The position numbers were made by a program, and so were the translations under genes. A stretch of DNA of 64,000 bases. Source: Phallusia mammillata (taxonomy: Eukaryota). The first letter of the stretch is position 1. Each line of letters opens with the position of its first letter. Location of the stretch: the NCBI GenBank assembly GCA_965637545.1, contig OZ281494.1:16058001-16122000 (forward strand). Direction: 5' to 3'. The notes under the pieces were generated by a model that saw only the letters and a list, made by a program, of their open reading frames with translations, was not told the DNA's origin and made no database searches. Positions 1-13,263 of this stretch are shown here, one piece after another.

Positions 1-113
1 TGTGCGAGGATAAAAGGACATGTCTCATGCATTTTGGTAATCTTCTTTAAAATGATTTTTGTGCTATATAATTAGTTTATTTTTCATTTTAACTTGATCC
101 TTGTGTTGGCAGA

Positions 114-3100
114 GAGAGTATGAAGAACACAAGGAACAAAATAAACATATTATTTTGTTAAACTGCGGAGCAAACATAGATTTGCTAAACACCCTTGATC
201 CTTCAGAAGATGTGACATTTTATGTCATAGACAGGTTATATAATTATAATATAATGATATTATCATTAGTAAAGGTAAAAAAATTGGAAATTTATTTGCA
301 CTGATTACAATACAAATAATAAAATTGTTCAAACCTTCTTTGGGCAATGAACATTCCATCTCTTTGTGTTGTGTGTGTGTGTGTACTACGGTAAAAGCCA
401 AAAGCCAACACAATGTTAAAATTGCACCTAATAAATGTATCTGCGGCATGTTAATAAATACAAGGAAGGTAATAAACATACTTAACGGTAGCATAAAATT
501 TATACATGTTTTGACTCTAGTCATCGCCCAATTGATCTTGTCAACTTCTATTGTGAGCGACAAGTATACCTAATTTTGAAGCACAACCAACAAGAAATAG
601 ATGCTATTCCTGACTATGATGTGATCTACAGAGAATATGATGTAAGTGGTGGCAATCTTTTTTCATAATAATCTGTGTGAAAATTCAAATATGCATCTAA
701 ACCTCTTTTTTCCACAGTCAGATGAAGAAGAAAGTGAGGGTGATGATGACACAGAACAAGTTTCTAAACGAAGAAGATTTGATGAGGTAACTGCTGCTAA
801 ACAATCAATTGTCAGTTTAACATGTGCTGTTTATACCTGAGGGGTAAATTTTTAAATGTATTACTGTGAGAACTGTTAATTTTTTTGTTTAAAATGGTAT
901 GACTGAAGAATGATGATGAATGATGATGATGATGATGATATGACTTTTTGAAAATAAGATACATAAATTAAAAATATATATATGAGTCTTAAAGTTTATT
1001 ATTTTCTTAAGAAACATTGTTGTATTGAAGACATCCAACACGTAAAATATTTATTTGTTACTTACTGTTTTAAAGCAAACTGATATTTATTTGAGAGTCA
1101 GACGTAGTTATCATAAAAATTACGTCTGTGAGCCATAGGTTTCTGTTTTAGATCCTAAATTGCTAAATAATAGATATATAATTTGTGCAAAAATCATTTA
1201 GGCTTCGCTGATGAGAAAAAAGGAGAGGCGGGAGTGGGAAGAGAGAAGAAAAGAAATTATCTTTGACTATGAGGAGTTTTCCTATTATGGCACATGTGTA
1301 AGTCTAAATACACCTCTAAACAACTGCAACTAGCAGTTTTTACTTGCAAACATTTTTTGTATTGTGGTTAGATTAGTGTGTTAAAATTATGTGAATACAT
1401 AGGCATCATTGATTGTGTATGATCTTGCATGGAGAATGTCTAAAGACAACAATGAACTGTTATGGTGGGCAATTGCTGGAGTTACAGATCAATTTCAAAA
1501 CAAAAGGATCGGTCGTGACCGGTAAGTCACACTATCTCTCATACAGCATTTTGCTGCAACTGTTCTTGTGTTTATGGGTGGTAACAGGGTGACTAGAACT
1601 TTCTAATCTGAAGAGCTTTATCCTAAAGTTTAAGCAGTGTTTGTGTTGCAAATTAAATAAAGCTTAGTATTATGCATATGTTGTGCAGTACATTTTGATC
1701 TTAGATATGTTACTGGGGTTTTGGAATTGCAAGGACACATGTCACGTCTGAATCATGCAAATGAAGATGAAGACAATTCCAAATCAATTGACTGCATGAG
1801 AATAAATTTTGAACATGAGTAAGTTTCATTGTTTTACTCAAGTATATATGTGCTGCAAGCATAAAAGTTGTATCATTCACCTTTCCTTTGTTTGTTTTTA
1901 CAAACATGTTGACACAATTTACTGTGAATTTAGCATTTATATGTTTTTTCAGTTTGGACTTGGCCTTGTATCGCCATTGGTCATTGTTTGAAAGTCTGTG
2001 CCATTCTATTTCAACTGTGTCAGCATTCAAAGTGTGGACCAACATAGGAATGAAGAAACTTCATCAGTTTCTAGCAGAGATGGGGATTCCCCTCACACAA
2101 TGTAAACAAAAGTAAGAATCACTTTGTTGTTGGAATCCTGTGGGTTGCTGTTATGTTATTAGCATTCTTATACATAGAATATAATGAAATGAAGTTTAAA
2201 CCTTCATTCTTTTGTAATTTCTGTTACGTTCTGCTTAAACACCACCTTACCTTTCTTGGACTGGGAGATTTTAAACCTTTATGATTTTGACAAGAATGTC
2301 TGCTTTTTTGTAGCTATGAGTTCATGGACACTAAAATGCGAGACAATCTACAAACTCTTGTTGAAGAATCTGCTCTAAAGTTTGGATTGAAAAACCTGAA
2401 ATTCCAATCTTTCTCTGCACAGTATGGCTTCAACCACAAGGTATTTCTACATGTTTCTGTGCCAAATATACAAACTTTAACTTTTAATGTTTATTTTAGA
2501 TCTGTGCAAGTGATGCTGTCTACTCTGTGAATGCTTTACTAGAGAACATAGTAAGTCAGTTAACACAATTAGTCTTTCTAGCACATATTTAAAGCCTGTT
2601 TTTGGTAGAAGTTGACTGATACAAATGGCATGACTGATAAATCCAACTTTGTAGATGCATTGGAAGGTTTGTCAAGGTAAGTGCATTTGAACTACACTGT
2701 AAAAATATTGTTTTCTTGTTTTTTATTTGAACATATACACACAGGTAGGGTAGTCAATTGGGGTGTGATTATTTAGGCCTGAAAAACAGTCTTTTACCTT
2801 GGTATTTGGTTCATTGGTATCGCATAAAAAATAGGTGTAAGCTTTCAGAATTTCAGGATAACCAACTGCCGTTTAAATTTTTAACTTAGTTGTGCGTTTT
2901 AACAGGGTAGTTGTGCGTTTTAACAGGATATCAGCACCAAAAATGAAAGAAGGGCTGGAGTTGGCAAAGCTTCAACTCCAAGCAATCAGGAATAATGTAG
3001 GCACATTTATTGATGTTGGACAAGTGTTAAGCTATGGACCTTTCCTCTACACAAGTATTAAGGAGGTGGGAAATGACCCAAGCTTGTTTGTTTTACAAGA

Positions 3101-3846
3101 AATTAAAGATTATTTTTTTATTTTTTAGGGCAGTCCAGACTACAAATATTTCTCCCATCCAACTCATCTTAACCTTTTTTCACATTATTTACTTCAGTCC
3201 TATGTTAGATCACTAGGAAAGGTATGACAAAGACATATTTTGTTAATTTACAAAACAAAACAGGATCAACCTTAAGAAAGTGACCAGAAATAAACGGAAT
3301 GCGGAAAAACAAATTGACATGAAATGGTTAGTAATTCAAACAAAGGAAAACTCTTTTTTTTTTATAATCAGTCAAAGCGTGAAAAGGCCATACACCTACC
3401 ACTTGTGATTTGTGCACCTTGTGATATTGAGGAAGGAATTTCCATTATTGCTGGCATTCCTCCCCTTGCTGATGATTCAAGAAAAAAGTAAGTCAATTAA
3501 ACCATTTCAATCTTGCCGGAGACTTTTACACATTGTCCAGTGAAACTTAGTTATCAATTAAATTTTGACATTGGCGTATTTTCAACCGCGAGGTTTTTGC
3601 AGCTGTTTCCCGATTCCGTGGCGCTAGTGTAGTGTTTTCGTATTCCTATGCACCATTTTCATGCACGATTTCAAAATTAATACAATACAATTTGTATCTT
3701 ACAGTTTGTTTGGAAATGCATTTATTCACGCTGCCGAAAGAACTAAATCACGCACATCCCATGATTACTTTGACTCATCAATTATCACAATGAAAAACGA
3801 GGACCGGAGCAAGTTTATTGATGCGCTGATAACAATTATGACTTGA
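114..3846 (+). CDS. CDC45: Cell division control protein 45 (multi-exon; 5' exons lie upstream of the window)
   Basis: Exon peptides match CDC45: [85 protein letters not shown], and C-terminal [39 protein letters not shown]. Introns are GT-AG; stop at 3846. Confidence 0.95.
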
Positions 3847-4341
3847 AACCAAGTCTTAACTGTAACATTGCTCTTTTTGTTTCAAACTTTTTCTGTCTGT
3901 ATATCAGATTTTCTGCTACACTTGGAAGTTGTTGCTTTCCACATGTTTAACATTATTCTTTTCTACGTCTCTATTCCACAGTCCACCTTGCATTCTTGCT
4001 TTGTAGAAGTATTTTTATTGAACAATATAAATTCGCAAAAAGTGTTGCAACCGAAATATGCACTTTTTTGTGAAACAGACAGAATTAGCAAATGCTAGAT
4101 GATTTTGTACAGTTTTGCAACATGATGACATAAACAGGTAAAGGAACTGAGAAAGTTGCATCAGTAATGTTTCTGTGAACTTGGTGGAGAAGAGTTTACC
4201 ACAAAATATTAATGGGAAAGCAACACAAAAACTGTATTACAGAAAAAGGAATATCACAGTGAATTGGACAACAAAAATATATCTTACAGATTGTTTATTT
4301 TAGCACTAGTTGAAAAAATATTTACGATTTATTTTGTAGAT

Positions 4342-6366
4342 CTAATCACTGGAATCATCATCACTAAACTCTGTGCAAACTTGGTAATCTCTTTCTAAGG
4401 TTTGGAGTTTTTCTAAGGTCTCGTCCAAGTGTGATTCAGTGTCACTATTTCCCAAACGTGCATGCCATTTTCTCAACATAATACCTTGTTCATAACTTTG
4501 TTTCAAAAGTTGGCCAACAGATGTTGATGCCTCCAGCACAGTCATCATTGGTACACTAGACACACTGTTGGGCGATGCTTTGTCACCATGACCATTTTGT
4601 AACTGTTTTTCCGATGATGTTGTAGAGCTGTTACCATTCAACAAGAACTCTGTATATTGGTCTGAAAATTTTGAAGGCTTTTTCATTGTTGTGATACTGC
4701 CATCAAATTGAACACATTCAGAAAATATTTGTGGGTAAGGAGTTAATGTTTTCATTGCTTCCTCTACAACAGTCACTGAACATTGTGAATTCTGAAAGCG
4801 TTCTTTCATGTACATTTTGATCATTGCAGTTGGGTTTGAGCATTGATGTAATGCAGACTGCTCTGTCAAATGGGCTGGAGTCACAAATTCCAGAGAAGTC
4901 AATCCCATCAGTGAAACATTTTGTGAAAATGTTTTGACAACAGGCGAGGCAGCACTTGTGTATGGTGTCAGGGAATGGTAAAACATACTATCACTGTAGT
5001 CACACAAAAAGTCAGCAAAACATTCATGGCTGATATGGTCATACGGTAATGGAAGAGAACTTGATAATTCCAACAGTTTTCGGCTGCCAGAAACCATATT
5101 AACAACAATGTCAGATACAGATGATCTTCGGCTTCTTGACCTGTATGCCCTGGTCATACATTCTAGACTGGCTGCGAGCACTGCACTAGTATGATATTCC
5201 AATTGAGCATTATAAATTAAATGTGGGAAGCTTTTTGCCTTGGACTTGAAAAGTTCTTGACACACTGACAGAGGAACAACAAATCCACTGGTTTCAAGTA
5301 GACCTTCTAGGGTTAGAAGATTTGACAGTGAACGGTTTCTTAACTTTGAAACATTTGCCAAAGGTGAAGGTGGGTGTAGTACAGGGAAGCAAGCACATAT
5401 ATTTCTTCCGAATTCATCATTTATATACTCAGACACAGAGCAAGCCATGCCACCAAAGGCATCATCCATGTTGCACAAAATATGAAATCCCTGCAAGGCA
5501 TCACATTCCTCAGCAAAAAATCGTACTGACTCTTCAATTTCATTGAGCACAGTTCCAGTTTTGGCTTCCTCATAACCAAAATGAAAGCTTTCCAATTTAC
5601 TTTTGTCAACAGGGTTTGAATCAATGAGTATTGTAGTTCTGGGATGATAATGAATTCTTTTGTAATCAGACCATGTTGAAACAACCTTTTCAAATGCATA
5701 TGATTTTGGGTCACTGCTACAATTTGATGAATGACCATTTTGAAAACCATTGGTAGGTGCTTGAAGTTCTTCTTTCTGTAAGTCTTGAAGAAATTGGTTT
5801 TTAGGCAATGCCTTTGATTGATGAACATCCACACCATTGTCCCACAGATAATGCGCTGCAAAACAACAACCTGATTTATGTCATTATGCATTTGAACTTT
5901 ATCTAAATATACTGCCTGTTGTATTACATTTTACAACAGTTTTATTTGCCTGCAGCCGCAGACACCATTATTGGCATGACATTAAAAGCCTTTTTTTATC
6001 AATTTCAAAAAAAGTGCATGTGGAAAAAAGACGTTATGTGTATGGTTTTGTGCTACAATAACGTCATTCGTCATACTGTTAACAGAAAATCATACCGTCC
6101 TCTTCTCCATAGCTTTCCTCATTGTAAAGGGATCCTTGTGATGGCAAAGTGGCTAAGCTGTCTTTTGTGTCAACAAGTACAAGTCTAGGGGTAAAGGTAG
6201 TTTCCCCTCGTAAAGTTTCACCCTCTCTAAACATTGCATCGGGATCGGATTCCGATAATTCATCGCCATCTTGGTAAGCGAAAGCCGACTCTTGAATGTT
6301 CCACCAATGAGTGCCAACGTAATTTGCGTATCTACCCAGTTGGAGGGTTATAATTTCGTTTGGCAT
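4342..6366 (-). CDS. MSTO1: Misato homolog (tubulin/FtsZ-like), 2 exons: 6366-6096 and 5855-4342, 594 aa
   Basis: N-terminus MPNEIITLQLGRYANYVGTHWWNIQE..FTPRLVLVD; later EESVRFFAEECDALQGFHILCNMDDAFGG and YHTSAVLAASLE. One phase-1 GT-AG intron (5856-6095) joins the two ORFs in frame (1785 nt). Confidence 0.95.
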
Positions 6367-6956
6367 TGTTTAACAACTGCGATCTCCAACATGCATTAAG
6401 CAAAACAAAGCCACGCTGAAGTTTGTCTTTAATCCGCCCCACTAGGGCATGTTTGGGTAAATTTTTGAAAAGTTTTGTGCAATTATAACACAGAAAGTTT
6501 GCAAAAAGGAAAATCCTGATACATCCCTATAAGTTTTGTAGTCATTTTTCCAGTGTTAAGTGTCAGCCAAAATATTTTTGTCTGCAAAGTCTATCAGGTC
6601 TTCAAAAACATTACCATTACTACCGAAGTTACCTGTCCTGTCAACTGGAACTTTTAAACTGTGCCTGGGCTCGTGACACATTCAAACAAGCAAGCAAACA
6701 AACAAACAATCAGACATATCGATGTAATTTTTGTTTGTGTCGTGAAACACTGTGATAAAAAATACTTTTTCGGTCCGTTGTGGAAACGAAACGACCAATC
6801 TTTCACAAAAAATCAAAGCACATGTAAACTAAAATTTGAAAACTTAAAGAAATCCGTTATAGTTGGCTGCACGTCTAACTCCGATTTCAAATCGGTTACT
6901 CATTGTAAAAGGTTTCTTGTTTTCGTGCCGTACATCAGCACCTTTCGTTTTAAGGT

Positions 6957-9900
6957 TCAAGTTTCAGGACTTGGCTCTTGGTGGACATCTTGTGGTAGAG
7001 TGTCTACAAAATAAATATGTTAATGTGGATCTTGAAACCCTGGCACTATCGTGGGAAACTTTTGAAACTTACCGTTGCATCTGTACTGGAGATTAGACCA
7101 GATGACGTTTTCTTGACTAAAGCAGAAACAACCCAGTCTTCCTCCCTTCACTGTGTTGTCAAGGATTGTTCCAGTATCGGCAATAAGTGTCGAATGCTCA
7201 AAGAACTTTATTCTGTAAACAAAATGCAGCACGATATTTTTAAAGTGGGTACATGGAGTAGTACAATATTAAATAGAAATTGTAAAGTTTCCCCTTTTGC
7301 ATTTTTTTGAAAATGTAACAGATGTGAAAAACAACGAATTCCAAATAAAAGTAAAAGCGTCTTTTTTAAGCTATGACTTGCCTAATATAACCAACATGGG
7401 GTCTGTGTTGTAATTCCCATCTGTACGAGGTTCTGTCTTTCCATCCTTGTTCAATTGGGTCGCTCCACAAGACCGTAACTTCACCAGTAGTGTCCATATA
7501 ATGCCACAAAGCATTTCTCATTCGTTCCCCTGGACCCTTGGTAGAATGGACTGCCTAAAACATAAGGGTAACATTGTGAATCAATTTATTTACTTTTGAA
7601 AGACTTTCATTGTAGGTTTTAAAAGTCTTCTATCGCACCTTGAGTTGTAGTCCGGGCTTTGCCACAGCTCGGAAGGGCGTTGCTTGCCAATAAGTTTGTT
7701 CAGTTTGTTTCCACGTTACCACGTAGAACCTTGAACTACTCTGGTAACTAAAAATGAACCCAGCGTAGTCATCGTCGGTTGCTGTGTTAACAAAGAACGT
7801 TCCACTGAAGTCCACACCGTCGAACGAGTCGTACCCTAAATGGGTGACAAGACTTAAATGGATAGAAACTTCGAAAGCCAATTAACAATAGCCTGCATCT
7901 CACGAGGACAGCTGACAAAGTGAAACAACAGTATAACCGTCTTGTTTGGGTATAACCGATTTTGTCCGGAATTTAGCAAATTAACTCGCAAAAACATAAA
8001 GGAAGAGTTCATTTCCGTTAAAAGCAAAGAGCAATTTACGCACATTATTGTCAGTTGTCCTTGTTGCTTACGTCCCAATTTTATATGAAAACTCATTTAC
8101 ATTTTGTGCATTCTTAGAATTTAAGTAGTTTTTAACATACCGATTGCAAGCCCCGGATCGCTATTCTGCGTTTGTACGATTTCTCGTCCTTTGTTAAGGA
8201 CTACCCAGTTGGGGTCGATTTGGGCATCACCCCGGGGGTCAAGAATCACACTTTGGTAGGTTCGAAAATCAGTGGTCGCCACTTGGACGTTTTCTGGACA
8301 CGCGTCCTTCCAATCATGGACTTTGTCGCCATCCTATGGGCAAAAAAGTAATGATTTGGTCATGTTGGGATTTTTGGTGTGTTATTTGTATTAAAATTTT
8401 GCTTACTCGGTCGTTTTCACACACATCTCCAATACCGTTTTCATTTGTATCAGTTTGTTCTGGATTGAACACCAAACGACAATTATCGCCAGTTGTAGTG
8501 ATGCCATAGTCTGGAATCCCGTCGTTGTCGTCATCCTCGTCACACGCATCACCAACTCCGTCATTATCCTATAACATTACGTAAAAATAAAAAAGATTTC
8601 GTTTTATGTTGTCTTTTTCATGTAACGCCCATCACTCACTGTATCCAGTTGTGCACTGTTAATCACGTAGGGACAATTGTCGACGCTGTTTTGACGTCCG
8701 TCACCATCCACGTCCGCGTCATCATCGCATACGTCACCAACTAAATCGTTATCCGTATCGATCTGCGAAGAATCGAAAAGTGTCGTACAACAATACAAAC
8801 TGTGAATTACCAACGACTTGGCATGTAATATCCTATACCTGCATTGCGTTGCTCTGCGATGGACAGTTGTCGCATGCATCTCCAACTCCATCATTGTCCA
8901 TATCTCCTTGATCGTGGTTTGGCGTGTAATCACAGTTGTCCGACGTATTTGGAATTCCTGGTAAGTAAGACACTGAAAGTTAATCCACCAGAACCTAAAT
9001 TTGTGTATTTCTACATATATATGACATGTAACGATTTAAATTAGAAAAGTGAATGTGAAGAGAAGAAGAAAAGCAAGCTGGTACCGTCTCCGTCAATGTC
9101 ATCGTCGCAAACATCACCGACTCCATTCGTATCTTGATCCAACTGTTTGGAATTCTTCACGTTTGGACAATTATCACATGCATCACCGTGAGAATCACTG
9201 TCCGAGTTCTAAATAAGTGTAACATAATTATTGGAAAATGAACGCAAAAATATGTTTTTGCGAAAAAAAACTTCAATATGACCTTAACACTGGTTCTGAT
9301 CCCAGAGATTTCTTGGATAAGTATTGTACCAAACGTTGCGTTAATAGTACCTGTTGGTCTGCGTTTGGCACCAGAACACAATTGTCTTCCATGTTAGTGA
9401 CGTCATCGTTATCTGCGTCACCGTCGCATGCATCACCGATTCCGTCATTGTCGGAGTCTTCCTGACCACTGTTAGGTACGAACGGACAGTTGTCCTAAAC
9501 AGTTACCAACCAGTCACATTAAGTTCTGCTTACTATCTTTTCTGCACAAAGTACTTCTTGCTATACAGGAATACTTTAATGCTTAACAATAATCTTTCAT
9601 AAAACAGACAATGAGAGACACCAAATCAATTTATTGTCACCTTTAGGCAGGATTTTTCGTGACAAGGCAGTTTCTCGTCTGGCAATCCATCCTGATCCGA
9701 ATCATTGCCGCAAAAATATCCGGAGCCAGCGAATCCCACGTGGCATGTACATTTGTAGTCACGGTTCGTTCCGGTGACGTCACAATCAGCGTCATCGCTG
9801 CAAGGGTTAATTCCTACAAAAAAGATACTTTAAGCTTTTTTATGTAAGTTATGTGAAATATAACTTTTTCGGCTATTGAAAGAAAAAAATGCAAAATATT

Positions 9901-12900
9901 ATAATAATACCCCCGTCACTACACAATCGTAACTCCTGGCATCCAACAGTTTGATTGCCTTCGTAGCCGCCAATGCAGTCTCCGCACGAATACGAACCCT
10001 GTGGCATTGAATAAATGGCTACGTTAGTTTGCTGAAATCGAACGTAAGATAAACTAATTTACCTCTTCGTTTATACAGACAGAGTTTTTCACGCATTCAC
10101 CATTGCTAATTGCACATTCGTCTATATCGGTGCATGTCTGCAACAGAAAAACAAAGTTAAATGACAAAATCTCCCAGACCAGTGTTTTTTTTAATTACAT
10201 TGTAACATGTATTTTTGTAAGTTGGTAATTTTAGCTGTTTTAAAAAGGGGTGAAGAAAGTTGTCAAAGGGTATTGATAATTTAAAGGTTTACGACCATGG
10301 GCGTCGAAAAAAATTTATTTTCTGTATTGCCGAAATGTACCTGTTTTACGAAGTTGCGTATGGTGGTGTTTGATTCCACGTAACCTCGAGGACAAGGGGT
10401 GCAAAAATATCCCCCGGCAGTGTTGACACATGACGTCACAAGCGAGCACGGCTGGATGGTGTCACATTCATCAACATCCTCGCAAACCGTTCCGTTACCT
10501 GCAAGTCGAAGAACGAAAATGTTATTAGTGGAGATTGTAATATCATTTTTTTTCAATTCAACCAGTAACATTAACAAACATGTAACACACCGTGGTACCC
10601 TGCTGGACATTCGCCACATACGAAACCGTCGACGGTGTCTGTACAGTCCACATTGTCCTGGCACGGATTTTCCGAACACGTAACTTTCACATTGTTTTTC
10701 ATGTCATTGTAGCTATCTCGCGTCCCTGGGTGAAAAACATCACGTTAATACTTCCTTTTTGTGCAATTAGCCTGTCTCAACTTACCACAAATTGCGCAAC
10801 TGGAAATAGTATTTCGCAAAGTCCTCGACTCTACCACCTGATCTTTCATAACCTTATGTATGTCCTGTAGCACAGACGTAAGATCTAAAAACATTTTCAA
10901 TAATTTAAATACGCATGTCCCTGAGAAAAAAGCGCACATATTTTATGTTTGACAAAACAGCTCATTACGAGTTGTTTTAAGCTAATTATTTGCATTAATA
11001 AAATCAGGTTTTGTTACGGTCTGGTGCAAAATGTTTCTACAACAGCAGCCGATAGGTTCGTCGTTTTGGACACTTGTACATAACTCACCTGACAGCTGAA
11101 CCAGAAGTTCCGAAACTGGTTCATATTTGTTGATCATGTTAAAAAGTGACGATTCAGCAGTTTCGGGCCTGTCGGCTTGCGAACACACACTAACGTAATT
11201 GCGTCGAAGGAAAGCAAGACTTTTTCCGGGGATCATAATTGCTTGCTTTACGTGGGACTAAAATGTAAATGGTTATTATTCAGTAAAAAGATATGAATTT
11301 GATTGTTTTTTTGTACCTAATGTAAATATGGCGTTTTGTTGCAAAAAGCATGAAAGTGGTAAACCACACTCTGCTTGTTCAGGCATGGCATGTCAAAACT
11401 ATTGTACCTTAAAAAGTTAAATAAACGACTTGTTCTAAGGCTATCTAAGCAAACATGACATGGTTTCGTGTCATCACCTGCACGTTGTTTCTTCCCTTCT
11501 TTCCAATCTTTATCAATGGAGATAGAGTGTTGTTTTCTTGGTTCCCTGGTAGCCACGGATTAATTTCTTGATGTCCGTTTTCTACGCAATCAACCAACAG
11601 AGACACGCGTGCAACATTCGACCTGTAATAAGAATACAGTTTGGTTGGAAATAGCTAAGGTTTTTCATGCGACTGCCTGGCATACAAAGCTCGTGTTTCG
11701 CGACGCCGGCGTGCCGCGCGCGTTGGTGCAGCGGGTTCAGGCTGTGATCGTATAGTGGTTAGTACTTCACGTTGTGGCCGTGACAACCCAGGTTCGAATC
11801 CTGGTCACAGCAAGCTTTTTTACCTTATTACATGAATGTCGTCTAAATTTTAGGCTAATTAGGCTAAACACCACAGCATAAAAACAATTCTATTTTGTTC
11901 GTTTTTTTAGCAGGCTACGTTGCTACCTGCCTCTGTGTCAAACTGTACAGTTACTTAGTAATGCTATTGCTATGATGGCAAAATACCTATTTCTTAATTA
12001 TTCAAAAGTTTTTTCGCCTATTTGATTGCGACCATTACCATATTGCTTTGATCACTTTGCTATTTTGGGGCATTTTGAAATTACTGTCTTAGTTCTATAG
12101 TTCACATGGGGTTGTAGGAAACCAACCTTAAAAGTTTGAAGTGCAATAAGATTGTGTGCCACTTGTGGTCAGCAATCCAAATGTCACGAAATACATTCGT
12201 AAGCATTTCCCTTCTGTCCTCGGATGTGATTTTTATTGTCACTGAATTAAAAAGACATTTTTGTTAAAGTTTGTTTTACCTAGATTTACTACGCAAAAAA
12301 GGTACTTTTTGTTATTTTTCAAAAACATGTTAAACGGCGATATATGAAAGGTACCTCTTCCTTTGTGGCCATTTGCGGAAATTTCAAAATATTTTCGGCC
12401 TCTGCCTTCCTCTTCGTTTCTGTAAAGTGCTACTGAGATTGAATCGTCTCTTGACGGAATTTTAAGGTTGACGAAGAACGATACTGCGTCATCATGATGT
12501 AATGCTCTGTAGATTTTGTCCGATTCCCGTGCTTCATCGTTAACAAGTAGATTGATTTCTGTTTGAAAATTAATATGTTTGCTTTATAACTGCACAATTA
12601 TAATGATAACAGCAATAAACTGTTGGCTAAGCTTCACATTTAAAACGGGAAAATATCTAAATTAAGCGGAGGCTAGTAGTAATATTTGACTTTAGTAGCA
12701 TCTTATATTGTAGCCGTTACTATAAGTTTCGCTGCAAATCAGAGTTGTAGGGCGGGCCGGGTTCAAGCTAAGGTTTGGTTAACGAATTATTCGGGCCTGA
12801 CTTCACATTCCGTGTCCGTATTTTTTAATATAAATTATTCCTAGCTTAGTATAGTTAGTTGCTGGACTGAACCTAATAGCTCTAAACTGTTTAATTTAAG

Positions 12901-13263
12901 CCACTGTCTATTATTTTCATTATGTCTTCTTTATCCATCAAACTTTCGGCTATACAAAACAATGCGGGTTCCGGCAGGGCTTCGGGGTAGTACTTTCGAG
13001 TTTGGGTCGGGCCCGCCTACAACTCTGCGGCAAATAACTTATCCCGTTTAACCTTGAACGTTTCTGTAGTAAACTATAAACTACTGGGCTTCACAACGTA
13101 AAATGTGTCATTTGCTAAGCTTTAAACATCAGGACTACGTAAAACCGAAATTGTTAACTGTAAACTAAAAAATAGCTTTGTAACCGACATTTTGCTTACC
13201 AGAGGCTGAAACGCTGATGCTTAAATCCAAGACCAAGAGCAATAAAATTGTAAGAAGCTTCAT
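6957..13263 (-). CDS. THBS3/THBS4: Subgroup-B (pentameric) thrombospondin, THBS3/THBS4/COMP-like, with N-terminal LamG domain
   Basis: Signal exon [21 protein letters not shown] (13263-13200); LamG exons ([29 protein letters not shown]); coiled coil [33 protein letters not shown]; EGF repeats; type-3 Ca repeats ([25 protein letters not shown]); C-terminal domain ([58 protein letters not shown]); stop at 6957-6959. Confidence 0.93.
11741..11812 (+). tRNA. tRNA-His(GTG): tRNA-His(GUG), in a thrombospondin intron on the opposite strand
   Basis: GCTGTGA/TCACAGC acceptor stem, D arm ATCGTATAGTGGTTAGTAC, anticodon stem TCACG/CGTGA around TTGTGGC, T arm CCAGG-TTCGAAT-CCTGG, followed by an oligo-T terminator. 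Confidence 0.97.
12740..13027. mobile_element. hAT-type MITE in thrombospondin intron 1
   Basis: Imperfect TIR CAGAGTTGTAGG(G)CGGGCC; 8-bp TSD ctgcaaat/cggcaaat (7/8). Confidence 0.75.

Noticed and set aside
372-940. (GT)n and (GAT)n microsatellites in CDC45 introns
   Set aside because: Short, ordinary simple repeats.
6366-6960. Thrombospondin-Misato operon with SL trans-splicing
   Set aside because: The genes are same-strand and about 590 bp apart, but an AG near the ATG is not sufficient evidence without transcripts.
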